Of a stretch of DNA of 64,000 nt, positions 10,539-19,955 are shown one piece after another. The notes beneath the pieces were generated by a model. It saw only the letters and a list, made by a program, of their open reading frames with translations. It searched no databases and was not told the origin of the DNA. A program made the translations under genes and the position numbers. Positions within the stretch are counted from its first letter, which is position 1; the number at the start of each line of letters is the position of its first letter. Source of the DNA: a virus. The stretch spans positions 46,163 to 110,162 of IMG/VR virus record IMGVR_UViG_3300024262_000019. One strand, given 5' to 3'.

Positions 10539-10567
10539 ATAATATATTCCTAGAAATACATGGTCAA
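10539..10567 (-). promoter_or_regulatory. Sigma70-type promoter of the LAGLIDADG gene
   Basis: TTGACC-N17-TATTAT ending 7 nt before the ATG at 10532. Confidence 0.6.
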
Positions 10568-10571
10568 CATC

Positions 10572-10608
10572 AAAGAAAAAAGGCTTCTGGATTTCTCCAG
10601 AAGCCTTT
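10572..10608 (-). terminator. Intrinsic terminator after the major capsid gene
   Basis: AGGCTTCTGGA-GAAA-TCCAGAAGCCT hairpin followed by TTTTTCTTT on the minus strand. Confidence 0.85.
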
Positions 10609-10632
10609 CATCTAGCTTATATCGTTAGTCTT

Positions 10633-12117
10633 TTATAGACCAGTGAAGCTAACACGTCCATAATATTCTGACCTCAAGACCTTTTTTCCGTACCGAGTAC
10701 GGAGACCTTTACGGAACGAAAAGTCCGCAGGGTCAAGGAAGGTAGGTGTCACCTGGAGTGGGATGTATGGAGCCCATACAAATCCAGCATCCAAGAAACT
10801 CGCACCCTTGAGGCCGATAAGCATCTTGTCCGACTCGAAGAACGGATCTTCGTAGACAACCCACTTATTCATCAGGGTACCCACTTTGTAGATACCGAAC
10901 TGACCATGCTGCGTCAAAGGACGTGGCATGTCTGCTGGGCCGTATGGGCTTGCGCCGCCGGATACCCAGAGAGGGCGGAAGTCACCGTGCGTGGTGAGCT
11001 GAGCAATCCTCGCCGAGATCTCAGGAGAGGTCACGATGAAGTTAGCTGGAGCACGGAGCGTGTCCTTGTGGATAAGGTTCGAGACCTTGCTGATCGTGGT
11101 GATCATCGAGCGAAGGTGATCGATCTCGCTGATTCCAGCAGGCGGAGTCAAAGAGAACGTATCAGTTCGACCAGATGCCGAAGTCACGAACAGGTCATTG
11201 ATGATCTCGCGATCGATCTCAAGAGCGATCTCCTGAGCGATACCCGAGACAAGCTCAGTCTCAGCGTCAAGGCCGTGGAAGGCCCGAAGGTCCTCTGCAG
11301 CTTCCGACGACCAAAGAGCCTTGAGGCGACGTGGAATCGCTTCGATGGGCTGCCTGGTGATGTCCAGGTTGACCTGAGGGATCTTGGTGTTCAGTTCGCC
11401 ATCGTAGAAGTACCGAGCAACAATCTTGTTGCCAGTAGCAGGTGCGGCAGTGAATTTGAACGCGGTGACCGCGCCAGAGCCATAGTTGACTGCACCAGCA
11501 GCAACGTTTCCGGTGAAACCACCTGATCCGTTATCTGTGGCCGTCTGAATGGTGGTTCCAGTGGAATCTACGTCCAGAATCTGGAGGGAGAAGCCAAGGT
11601 CAGCATTCAAGGGACGGATTGGAGTCCAGGCAAGGACCGAAGCCATTGCCCCTCCAGCACCACCAAAGGCAGCACCATCACCGGTTCCAAGAGCCTCGTC
11701 ACGAACGAACTCAGAAGAGTAGTCGCGATCGAAATCTCGTGGGAAGATGGCACCAGCTTGGGTCGCACCCTTGTTGGATCCATACTTGTAATCAAAGAAG
11801 AACACTGCACCAACTGGAGCTGTCATCGGCTGAACCGACACAATCTCGTTGGCAATCAGGTTCGGGAAGACGCGCCGTAGCACTGGGAAGATGAACTTGG
11901 TGAAGGAACCAACGTTGATCGTTTTGGTCTCCTCTTCCAGGCCCTGTAACCACTGCGACTCATTTTCCATGAGCATAGCAGTGACACCCCGAGTGTATGG
12001 GTTGTCGATACCTTCGAGTAGCTCGCCCCACTTACCGATAAGAGATTGAATAAACCCCTTGTCAGCAATGCTTCGACGGGACTCGTTCAAAACTAGTTGT
12101 CTCGCTTCCATCTTCAT
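10633..12117 (-). CDS. Major capsid protein (T4 gp23-like)
   Basis: RRVFPNLIANEIVSVQPMTAPVG, RRLKALWSSEAAEDLRAFHGLDAETEL, EIDREII, APYIPL, GLRTRYG. Confidence 0.97.
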   Translation of the reverse strand: MKMEARQLVLNESRRSIADKGFIQSLIGKWGELLEGIDNPYTRGVTAMLMENESQWLQGLEEETKTINVGSFTKFIFPVLRRVFPNLIANEIVSVQPMTAPVGAVFFFDYKYGSNKGATQAGAIFPRDFDRDYSSEFVRDEALGTGDGAAFGGAGGAMASVLAWTPIRPLNADLGFSLQILDVDSTGTTIQTATDNGSGGFTGNVAAGAVNYGSGAVTAFKFTAAPATGNKIVARYFYDGELNTKIPQVNLDITRQPIEAIPRRLKALWSSEAAEDLRAFHGLDAETELVSGIAQEIALEIDREIINDLFVTSASGRTDTFSLTPPAGISEIDHLRSMITTISKVSNLIHKDTLRAPANFIVTSPEISARIAQLTTHGDFRPLWVSGGASPYGPADMPRPLTQHGQFGIYKVGTLMNKWVVYEDPFFESDKMLIGLKGASFLDAGFVWAPYIPLQVTPTFLDPADFSFRKGLRTRYGKKVLRSEYYGRVSFTGL

Positions 12118-12147
12118 ATCCTCCGTTACTGTCTATATCCGTTGTTG

Positions 12148-13758
12148 TTAATTCTGAGAGTTGCCGTCGCCCGGCAGGCCAGAGAGAGCACGGATTTCAG
12201 ACAGATTGGTTCCGAGCCCGTTATAATTTTGAGCGGACACACCGTGACCACCCGGACCGTTATTTGATTCCTCTTGGATGTACTCCACCGTTCCGCTGTT
12301 GAGGATCCCGCGAACGCGAGATCTAGCAGATTCCAGATCCTCTGTCATTGAGGTCTTTGGATGAGAGTGCGCGAGGACGTTGTCTACTTCGCTTTTGCTT
12401 TGAGGCTGATGAGCCTCAACCAAACTACGGGCATAATCTGCCGAAGGATGATTAACCAGACGCTGCTCAAGATAGACCTGGGAAGCAAGATGCTTGCTGG
12501 CCTCAAGAGCTTTTTCAGTAATAATCTTCTGCTCAGCAAGCTGAGCCTCAAGCCTGGCATATCGCTCATCTGCCACAGACTCTTCGAATCTTTGAGATTC
12601 AAGCTCTTCTACGATGGAACCAATACGATCATCCATCTCACGAATATTGCTGTAGTTGGAGACATCTCCAACGAGGTCACGAACTAGATCTGCGCTATCG
12701 ACACCATTGAGACGCTGCTCAAGATGGAACCTGTAACCAGCCTCGCGAGCGATAGAAGCTAGTTTATCGTTCTCAAGCTGGAGGTTTACGAGCTGAAGGT
12801 CTCTGTCTGCGATGACATTCTCAAGCTCTGCGATAATCTCTTCACGCTCTTGAACGAGGTGCTCTACATCCTCTGGGATGATGTAGGGACGGAGAACATC
12901 CTTAAGCTCACCAAGGGCCATCCTGGCACCGGCGACTGATGGGTCATTCATGAGACGCTGAGTGATGGATGCTTCCATCTCCTTCTTTGCGTCATTGATT
13001 GCAGACTCAAGCTTTTCAGCGAACTCGGCACGAAGATCTGTAGATGCTTCTTGCTTTGCGCCAGTGATTTTTCTAGCCCAAATTTCAGCAGCCTTCTTCT
13101 CGTACTCACGCTCGGCGTCGTACATGAAGCTCTGAGCTAGTTCAGGATTGCTCTCTTTGAGTTCCTTTAAAGTAATGTTTTTTTCCATAGTAGCCTCCAC
13201 GAAACCAGTAGTGTCATTGCCAGAATTAGCTGCAGTATCCTCGACGTGAACTACTGGATATGCTGATTGTTGAGCTGGATCTGCGACAAAGTCGAAGGTC
13301 ATAAGTCTGTAGTCATCTTGGACTACTGACTCGCCCTTCATGTTTGGCTTTGTAGTCCCAAATCCGCGAGAGGAGACTCCGACGGCTCCACCTGCGTCAA
13401 GGATGGCCTTAAGATTGCGTCCCTGGTCGGTATCTAGAATGTGAGCAGTCCCGATGACAACGTCACCTTCTAGGTGAAGGTCACTGATAATGTGAGAAGT
13501 ACGCTTGAGCTGAGTGCGACCGTCCATTGGATGATCTAACTCGCCATATACTTTCATCTCTGAAAGCTGTTTACCAAGACGACCAAGCTCGCGCTCCCAC
13601 AACTGATGGTTGTAGAGACGCTTGTTCTCCGTAGCCCTATCTGCGCGAGCAAATTCGCCACGGGCAACATATTTGCCGGGTCCACCCTTAGACTCTTCGA
13701 GGGCGGTAGCCCTGAAGGTCATAGTGTCTATGAGTAGTTCTTTAACGGTTCCCGACAT
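12148..13758 (-). CDS. Prohead protease (gp21-like) fused to a coiled-coil scaffold (gp22-like)
   Basis: ENKRLY, YGELDHP, SHII, GVSSRGFG, FDFVADP, then a long acidic coiled coil. Confidence 0.92.
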   Translation of the reverse strand: MSGTVKELLIDTMTFRATALEESKGGPGKYVARGEFARADRATENKRLYNHQLWERELGRLGKQLSEMKVYGELDHPMDGRTQLKRTSHIISDLHLEGDVVIGTAHILDTDQGRNLKAILDAGGAVGVSSRGFGTTKPNMKGESVVQDDYRLMTFDFVADPAQQSAYPVVHVEDTAANSGNDTTGFVEATMEKNITLKELKESNPELAQSFMYDAEREYEKKAAEIWARKITGAKQEASTDLRAEFAEKLESAINDAKKEMEASITQRLMNDPSVAGARMALGELKDVLRPYIIPEDVEHLVQEREEIIAELENVIADRDLQLVNLQLENDKLASIAREAGYRFHLEQRLNGVDSADLVRDLVGDVSNYSNIREMDDRIGSIVEELESQRFEESVADERYARLEAQLAEQKIITEKALEASKHLASQVYLEQRLVNHPSADYARSLVEAHQPQSKSEVDNVLAHSHPKTSMTEDLESARSRVRGILNSGTVEYIQEESNNGPGGHGVSAQNYNGLGTNLSEIRALSGLPGDGNSQN

Positions 13759-13965
13759 ACTTACGTGGTCCTTTCCAAAATTTGAATGAATTAGCAGATC
13801 TGGCTATCTGTCGCTGTCCAACAGTGTTGTCCAACTCGATTGCGTTATCTGGCTTCTTGATTCTGTTTTTTGGATTCGTCCTCGACTTTACTTCGTCACT
13901 ATCCATCACTTTAGCCAGCCGACCAGAGGGGTAGAAGTCCCTATTCCCTCTGGTTCCCTCGGTGG

Positions 13966-15003
13966 CTATCTGCCGAAAGGGCCAGCGCTCCGTGCGTGGC
14001 GAAGAGATGCCAAGCGATCACTTACGCTTTCCTTCTGCTCCTTGCCCCGCTTGCCCCGTGGCTCATCATCGTCATCGTCGTCATCGTCATCGTCGTCATC
14101 GTCGGCTTCCATCATCTCTGAGATGGCTGCGTCATACGACTCAACGGCATCCATGAGATCGAGCGTCATGAGACGGAAGGCGTCTTTAACGGCCTCCATA
14201 GTGTCATCATCGTCGTCATCGTCATCGTCGTCATCGTCGTCCTTCTTGCGAGATTTCATCTCAACAATATCGAAGGCTTCGGCGGCGCTGTCATAGAGAG
14301 ACTCCATGGCTGCGTATACGTTCTCAACATCAAAATCATCCGAGATTTCAACGAGACGCTCTGCAAGAAGAGCTGCGTTCTCTCCGAGGAGAGAGAAACC
14401 TCTTCCGAGGTTGTCACAGTCTTCGCTAACCTGTGAGCCGTGAACCAACGCATCAAGCTCTCCGATGAGCTGAGAAGCACGGTTGACGTAGGAAGATTCA
14501 GCCTTGCCCATGCCAGCAATCTTCTTGGTGGGAGTAAGCCCTTGAGCTACATCTGGGTCTTTCCCGCCGTCGTAGTTGCCACCCTTGTTCTTATCAACAA
14601 GACGGGCACGTAGCTGCTTGTATCCGTCTGGATACTCTGCTCTTACGTTGCCATCAACTCCCTCTCGGTAGTTGGGAGCCTTGTTGTATTTACCGGCACT
14701 CCTGCCACCCATCTTAGCGCCAGCGTCCAACGGATCATCATGATCGTCAGAATCCCTTGGAGCGATGCGAGGACGTGGCTGCCTAGCGTACTTGTTACGC
14801 GCCTTAGCGTTGATGGAGCCTTCGCTGTCATCGTTGCCGGCAAGCGTGCTTGGATCTGGAGATGGGATATCTCGTGGATTACTGGAGTTGTCACCCTCGT
14901 AAAGTCCTTCGCTGGACTCAGTGAGTTGCTTCTCAGGAAGAAGTCCAATTGCTCGGAAGTCTTCTTCGATAGTGGTGAGTAGAACTGGATACCTGTGATT
15001 CAT
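13966..15003 (-). CDS. Acidic prohead-core-like protein with poly-Asp tracts; candidate -1 frameshift extension to 13742
   Basis: 345-aa ORF between portal and protease, with two long poly-Asp runs; ends at C CCT TTC GGC AGA TAG. Confidence 0.75.
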   Translation of the reverse strand: MNHRYPVLLTTIEEDFRAIGLLPEKQLTESSEGLYEGDNSSNPRDIPSPDPSTLAGNDDSEGSINAKARNKYARQPRPRIAPRDSDDHDDPLDAGAKMGGRSAGKYNKAPNYREGVDGNVRAEYPDGYKQLRARLVDKNKGGNYDGGKDPDVAQGLTPTKKIAGMGKAESSYVNRASQLIGELDALVHGSQVSEDCDNLGRGFSLLGENAALLAERLVEISDDFDVENVYAAMESLYDSAAEAFDIVEMKSRKKDDDDDDDDDDDDDTMEAVKDAFRLMTLDLMDAVESYDAAISEMMEADDDDDDDDDDDDDEPRGKRGKEQKESVSDRLASLRHARSAGPFGR

Positions 15004-15032
15004 TGAGATTCTCCTAATTTGGTCAAGTAAAC

Positions 15033-15992
15033 CTAAACGGCTCCGTCGAAAGCGCCGACCATACGCTCGATGAAACTAGTTGCCATCTCATAGCTAACCA
15101 GAGACTCGGCTATGGAGTCGTAAATGTGACCTAGGCACATTACGCACTGTTCGTTCACAAGAGCATCGGAAACGATTCCCCGAACTTCCTGCAGGTCTTC
15201 AATCAGATCTTCGGAGAAGAAACAAAAGTGAGATAAGACATCCGCCTCATTCTCCTCCAGGTCACCATCTCCAACCGATTCTATAAACGGCAGATATGCC
15301 GCTTCAGCAGCATGATGAACCAACTCAAGACGCTCAAGCACGAGACCTAAGTCGGTCTCTGCGTTGTCTCGGTAGTTCTCAAATTGCTCTTCCGGTATTT
15401 CATCCGTCTCATACAATGGCTTGTACTTAGCCTCGAATGAGTTTTCATGGATGGAACCAAGGACATCTACAATCTGCCTCTTGATCTCATCTTGCTGCTC
15501 CGCAAACACCTGTCGCCAAGGACGACCCTCGGAGAGAGCAGCAAGTGTCTCGCCAACATAATCCCTGGCCAACTCAGCCTGCGTCTGCTCTTGCAGACTA
15601 GCTAGCTGGAGGATCCTCTCAGCTGCGCCACCCACGCCTTCCGACATAAGTGAATCAACGATGCTTAGCGAGTAATCACGCATAGACCTAGCTGCGTTAG
15701 TGGAAGAAACCACCGGGACATCTAGTTGCGATAGCTCTCCAAAGACTATTGCGCCGTCCTTACTCTCGAACTTAGCCTCATAATAGGAACCTTCTGCTGT
15801 TCCAACTATGATCTTGTTCTTAAATGTAGCTACGCGAGCAATGTCCTCAGACCCATTGGTAAACAAATGACGGTTCTCACTAACAGCCTCGTCGAGGCGA
15901 TGAGTGAGCTGTTCGTACGAGCCGCTTACCATCGCTCTGATGGCTTCGACTGGAACGATTTTGTCTTCTATGGAGAAAGGATTGTATGGCAT
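15033..15992 (-). CDS. Acidic head-assembly region protein, unknown function
   Basis: 319-aa ORF between portal and core genes. Confidence 0.65.
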   Translation of the reverse strand: MPYNPFSIEDKIVPVEAIRAMVSGSYEQLTHRLDEAVSENRHLFTNGSEDIARVATFKNKIIVGTAEGSYYEAKFESKDGAIVFGELSQLDVPVVSSTNAARSMRDYSLSIVDSLMSEGVGGAAERILQLASLQEQTQAELARDYVGETLAALSEGRPWRQVFAEQQDEIKRQIVDVLGSIHENSFEAKYKPLYETDEIPEEQFENYRDNAETDLGLVLERLELVHHAAEAAYLPFIESVGDGDLEENEADVLSHFCFFSEDLIEDLQEVRGIVSDALVNEQCVMCLGHIYDSIAESLVSYEMATSFIERMVGAFDGAV

Positions 15993-16074
15993 AGGTTTTC
16001 GCCCTTGCTGATGTGGATACTAGAGGTAATGGAAAAGCACTGTCAAGGAGCTGTAGATCTATTTAGTCAAACAA

Positions 16075-18894
16075 TCATCTTCCTGGCATGCCCATCTTTA
16101 TCTCATTGATAAGCTGCCCTAACTCACCAAGACGCCTGGCTGTTTCATTGTTGGCGCCCATAATCGTATCTAGGTTGTCCTCAACCATTTTTTCGTGATC
16201 ACGGTTTCCTTGGAATAATTCCTTCTCAGTTATTGGCCTATATCCGAGTTGCTGTCTCATTTGTGGCCATCTGCTGGACAGACCCCCAGCAGTACGTATT
16301 GAATGACGTAGATCTTCGGCAGCCTGAGTACTTCCACCCATCACTCCTGCCATTTGTTGCTGAGCTGCAGCTTGTTGGGTTTGGATCTCAGCTTGGGCAG
16401 CCTGCTGTTGGATCTGTCCCTGGTTTTGAACATCCATTTGCAGACCCATCGCCCTTGCCTGAATCTCTGCATCACTCAACTGCTCCTGGTGACGCTCTTT
16501 GATGATGTATTCGATCTCTTCTTCGCTAAGTCCAAATACTTTCTGGAGAATCCAATGCAGAGAGACGAACTGCTGCATTCGCCCGGCGAAGTCTGCCTTG
16601 GCATTCCTGACCTCTAGCTGAGCAAGTTCGAAAATCGAACTCGGCGTCGTCATGCAGATTTCAAAATCGACTGCGGCTGGATTGATATTCAGAGCAGCCA
16701 GGTGAACCCTGGCCATCTTCTTCATCCCGTTCCTCAGTTCGCGCTGTAAACGAAGGACAGTACGGGCAAATCGCACATCCTCCTGAGACAGCACACCCTT
16801 GGCACGCGGAGCCTCCGACCCAAGATAGACCTTGGGCACCTTGATAGCCGCGTAGAGCTTCAGCTTGAAGTACTCGATATCCTCCATGTGCTGCCACGAC
16901 GGGCTGCCCACGACATCGATTTTGGTCTGCTGCACACCCTTGCGAACAGGGACGAAGAAGTCCTCATCCTGTGACAGGGGATTATATTTCAGATCAAGCT
17001 TGCCGGTCTGGGGATTATAGAACTTGGTCTTCTTGTACTGCTGACGGATCTTATGCAGGAATGCCATTGCCTCTTTTGGCGGCATATCTCCGACATCTAT
17101 ATAGAAAGCATACCGCTGAGGGGCTCGCTGCAGCCTGTAAACCATGGCCGCATCCTCAAGAAGCATAAGCCTCTTCCAGATCCACCTGGCCGGCTCAAGC
17201 ATCGAGTAACCGTAGATAGACCTACGATGCCTGGAGCGCATCCGGAAGTGTGCAACCTCCCAATCCTCCAGGGCGGCGTACTTATCCTGCGTCTGAGACC
17301 CAGCACCAGCCATGCGTTGCGTCAGAAGTTGCTTAAACTCATCCGGGCTGTACCCGAACCTGCCCTTGTAATCCTGGACAAACCCAAATAGCTCGCCTCG
17401 ACGACCTTCGATTCGTCGCATCGTAGGTGGTGGCAAGAAGTTCAAGCCAACCAACCCGTCCTGCGTAACCAGAAGCTCTTCGTAGTCGTTTCCGTACTTT
17501 ACTAAGGTTCTGGCTATCTCCCAGATTTCCTCATCCATACGAAGCCTACGCCAAAACAGATCTTCTAGAATCGTCTGGACTGTCTTGTCTGGACTGTCAA
17601 TCCAGACCGCCCTGTTCTGCAAGGACTCCGTCTGAGTGGCGTCATCGGCATATATGTCAATAGCACTGTTATGAACAACAACTCCGTTACATACGAAGTT
17701 GTGATACCCAGGCACCTCCAGGTCAAAAACCTCAGGTCGCTCATCCAGCTCCTCAACCCTAACCACTCTGTGGTTATTATCGTCCTCGATCAGGTCATAC
17801 CTGTCCAGGTTGCGCCTAGCGGTGCTCCATGAAACGTCAAGTATCCTTGCGGCCTCGGCAATGGTACCGCCAGAGGCATAGGCAGACTCAACCTGTTCCC
17901 GGCTCAGATCGATACGGTGTGCATCCCCTATTCTCTGTCGATGTATCGGAGATAGCGGCTTACCGCTGCGTGCCTCCGACTTACGTCGTCGAGTTTCAAG
18001 TGACTCACTCTTACCTTTCTTGTAAGAATTTCCAAGCATAGCCTTGGATTTTTCCATTCGCCGCTGAGCAGTCCACTCAGGTAAATACTCTGAATTATCA
18101 ATCTTAGCGATATGATGGAGCGCATGACTGGAGAAGCTCTCGACGCTTAGATTTTCAGGAGAGTTGTTGAGTTTATTTTCATCAATGTGATGAACGACGT
18201 CGCCAATTCCAGCGCCCATAAACCGCTCGCCAACAATCCTATGAACCCACGTCCATCGCTTCCCATCGGACGACCTGATCGTCGAGTCTGAATTTGGCTG
18301 ATGAACTTCCCAGTACGGATCTGCGGCACAGCTATTCAGAGATCTCGTCCGCAAGACGCCGGGCATCAAACGTTGACCAGTAGCGAGTTCGCCGGCCTGC
18401 ACCCACTTCTCATCCTTGGTGAAAAATAGATGGTCAGAGGTGCATACAATCTCCTGGCCGTTATCAAAGATAACCCTAACCATCTTCTTGGCATGACCGG
18501 CCTGTCCTGTAGCCCTAGCATTGCAAGCCCTTGCTGGAACCAATGACTTAGATTCCCTGTCATATGACAGGACATGGAAGTCACCGCCACGACTAGCCAG
18601 ATCCTCGATCCTCTCCCACCCGTATTCGAGTGTGAAAACACGAGAATCGCCATGCAGGCACGACAGCTCCGGGTAGTCGTCCATCTCCTCGTAGTCCACA
18701 AACCTAGCCATAAGGTCGTGTTCAAGCTTGAGGTAATCAGATAGGACGTCATGCCCATAAGCCTGAAGAAGATCGAATCCAGTCTGTGGATATCCCGACG
18801 CAGTTCCGCCCTTGGCAAGGTTAAGAACTACCTGTTCTTTATCCCAACGAAGTAGCCCACGGACCTGATGTCCAACATTTCCCCAGAATCCCAC
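16075..18894 (-). CDS. Portal protein (T4 gp20-like) containing an intein
   Basis: YEEMDDYPELS/SAIDIYADDAT, YGYSMLEPARWIWKRLMLLEDAAMVYRLQRAPQRYAFYIDVGDMPP, EDFFVPVR, EDIEYF, EDVRFART. Confidence 0.95.
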   Translation of the reverse strand: MGFWGNVGHQVRGLLRWDKEQVVLNLAKGGTASGYPQTGFDLLQAYGHDVLSDYLKLEHDLMARFVDYEEMDDYPELSCLHGDSRVFTLEYGWERIEDLASRGGDFHVLSYDRESKSLVPARACNARATGQAGHAKKMVRVIFDNGQEIVCTSDHLFFTKDEKWVQAGELATGQRLMPGVLRTRSLNSCAADPYWEVHQPNSDSTIRSSDGKRWTWVHRIVGERFMGAGIGDVVHHIDENKLNNSPENLSVESFSSHALHHIAKIDNSEYLPEWTAQRRMEKSKAMLGNSYKKGKSESLETRRRKSEARSGKPLSPIHRQRIGDAHRIDLSREQVESAYASGGTIAEAARILDVSWSTARRNLDRYDLIEDDNNHRVVRVEELDERPEVFDLEVPGYHNFVCNGVVVHNSAIDIYADDATQTESLQNRAVWIDSPDKTVQTILEDLFWRRLRMDEEIWEIARTLVKYGNDYEELLVTQDGLVGLNFLPPPTMRRIEGRRGELFGFVQDYKGRFGYSPDEFKQLLTQRMAGAGSQTQDKYAALEDWEVAHFRMRSRHRRSIYGYSMLEPARWIWKRLMLLEDAAMVYRLQRAPQRYAFYIDVGDMPPKEAMAFLHKIRQQYKKTKFYNPQTGKLDLKYNPLSQDEDFFVPVRKGVQQTKIDVVGSPSWQHMEDIEYFKLKLYAAIKVPKVYLGSEAPRAKGVLSQEDVRFARTVLRLQRELRNGMKKMARVHLAALNINPAAVDFEICMTTPSSIFELAQLEVRNAKADFAGRMQQFVSLHWILQKVFGLSEEEIEYIIKERHQEQLSDAEIQARAMGLQMDVQNQGQIQQQAAQAEIQTQQAAAQQQMAGVMGGSTQAAEDLRHSIRTAGGLSSRWPQMRQQLGYRPITEKELFQGNRDHEKMVEDNLDTIMGANNETARRLGELGQLINEIKMGMPGR
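17668..18660 (-). mobile_element. Intein (331 aa) in the portal, carrying an HNH endonuclease, NUMOD3-like motifs and an HTH
   Basis: Starts CLHGDS, block B CTSDH, ends VFDLEVPGYHNFVCNGVVVHN/S; internal HRIV...VVHHIDENKLNNSPENL. Confidence 0.93.
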
Positions 18895-18920
18895 GGATTA
18901 ACCCTGCCCCATCGTTGATG

Positions 18921-19217
18921 TCATAATTCATCCTCCCCAAGCCGATGCATAACTACCCTAGTAGCCCAGCACCATGCGCTTGAGATAAATCCACTAGCTA
19001 CAAGATCTAACCAGAATGGTAGCCCCGTACCAGGAGTAAGACCGAGCCAGCACCAAAGCACTCCAACTGGAACGCTGAGACACATTGGGCACTCGATCCA
19101 ATAGCCAAGCACCGGAGTGAACTTGAGTAAGTCTCGCAGCCATTCGAAGATCTTCCCACCTGTTACGATGTTGGTAACACCATAACAAGCTAGAAGAAAG
19201 CAGATCAGTTGAATCAT
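18921..19217 (-). CDS. Membrane protein (DUF1360-like, CPMC motif)
   Basis: Three hydrophobic segments; IECPMCLSV. Confidence 0.65.
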   Translation of the reverse strand: MIQLICFLLACYGVTNIVTGGKIFEWLRDLLKFTPVLGYWIECPMCLSVPVGVLWCWLGLTPGTGLPFWLDLVASGFISSAWCWATRVVMHRLGEDEL

Positions 19218-19258
19218 TTTGGGACCATTAACGCCGAGTAATCACACGGACTACTCGG

Positions 19259-19333
19259 CTAGGGTAAGCAGCCGTTCTTACAACGTCGAACGGGCTGCAG
19301 CATCCATCTATCGAACTCATTTTGCAATGCCAT
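19259..19333 (-). CDS. 24-aa small ORF MALQNEFDRWMLQPVRRCKNGCLP
   Basis: AAGGA RBS 8 nt upstream; fills the gap between neighbouring genes; below the ORF-track length cut-off. Confidence 0.5.
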   Translation of the reverse strand: MALQNEFDRWMLQPVRRCKNGCLP

Positions 19334-19345
19334 AGATCTATCCTT

Positions 19346-19609
19346 CTACTCTTCCAGAAAAATATTTTCCTCTGCCTCTGGATCTGAAACTACTACCGAA
19401 GCGCACACAGCATCGACAGGAATTGGTTTGTGATCACCAAAGTCAGCCGGGCTTGGACCAGACTGCCCACGCGCATCGCACCATTTCTTCTCTGCATTAC
19501 TGCCAAACCCTAAAGCCTCCCTGATGAGCCTTTCCTCAAGTTGATTTCTCTCAACTTTTTCAGAAACATCAGAAGTTTCACATGCCTTAAGTTCATCGGT
19601 GTTGGACAT
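19346..19609 (-). CDS. Hypothetical protein
   Basis: 87-aa coupled ORF. Confidence 0.5.
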   Translation of the reverse strand: MSNTDELKACETSDVSEKVERNQLEERLIREALGFGSNAEKKWCDARGQSGPSPADFGDHKPIPVDAVCASVVVSDPEAEENIFLEE

Positions 19610-19612
19610 CGA

Positions 19613-19951
19613 CTACCAAGCCTCTACGTGAAAGGTTGACCCGACACCTCGTACATAGATGCCACCCTCATAGCGGTCCCAGTAAGTATTCTGAGTGCCA
19701 GCCAAGACGAATCCATGAACATTTACGCCGTCAAACGAGAACTCAACATCTGCTGTGATGGCTCTGATGCAAAGGCCCACACTCCACGCTTGCTCAGGCT
19801 CAGCAGGATCCTTTGGATCAACTCTAACAAAAGAGAATTGGTTATCAACAAAGTTAGCCGTCCCAGAACCAGTCTCATAAAATCTGATTGATTTTATATT
19901 AGTCGGAAGTGGAGGTGGCAGAACTGGAGCTAGTACACCTGGACTAGACAT
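19613..19951 (-). CDS. Small beta-rich hypothetical protein
   Basis: 112-aa ORF; VEFSFDG..VHG...VEAW. Confidence 0.55.
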   Translation of the reverse strand: MSSPGVLAPVLPPPLPTNIKSIRFYETGSGTANFVDNQFSFVRVDPKDPAEPEQAWSVGLCIRAITADVEFSFDGVNVHGFVLAGTQNTYWDRYEGGIYVRGVGSTFHVEAW

Positions 19952-19955
19952 CTAA

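Noticed and set aside
14060-14240. (TCATCG)n tandem repeats
   Set aside because: They simply encode the poly-Asp tracts of the acidic core protein; not a CRISPR or an independent repeat element.
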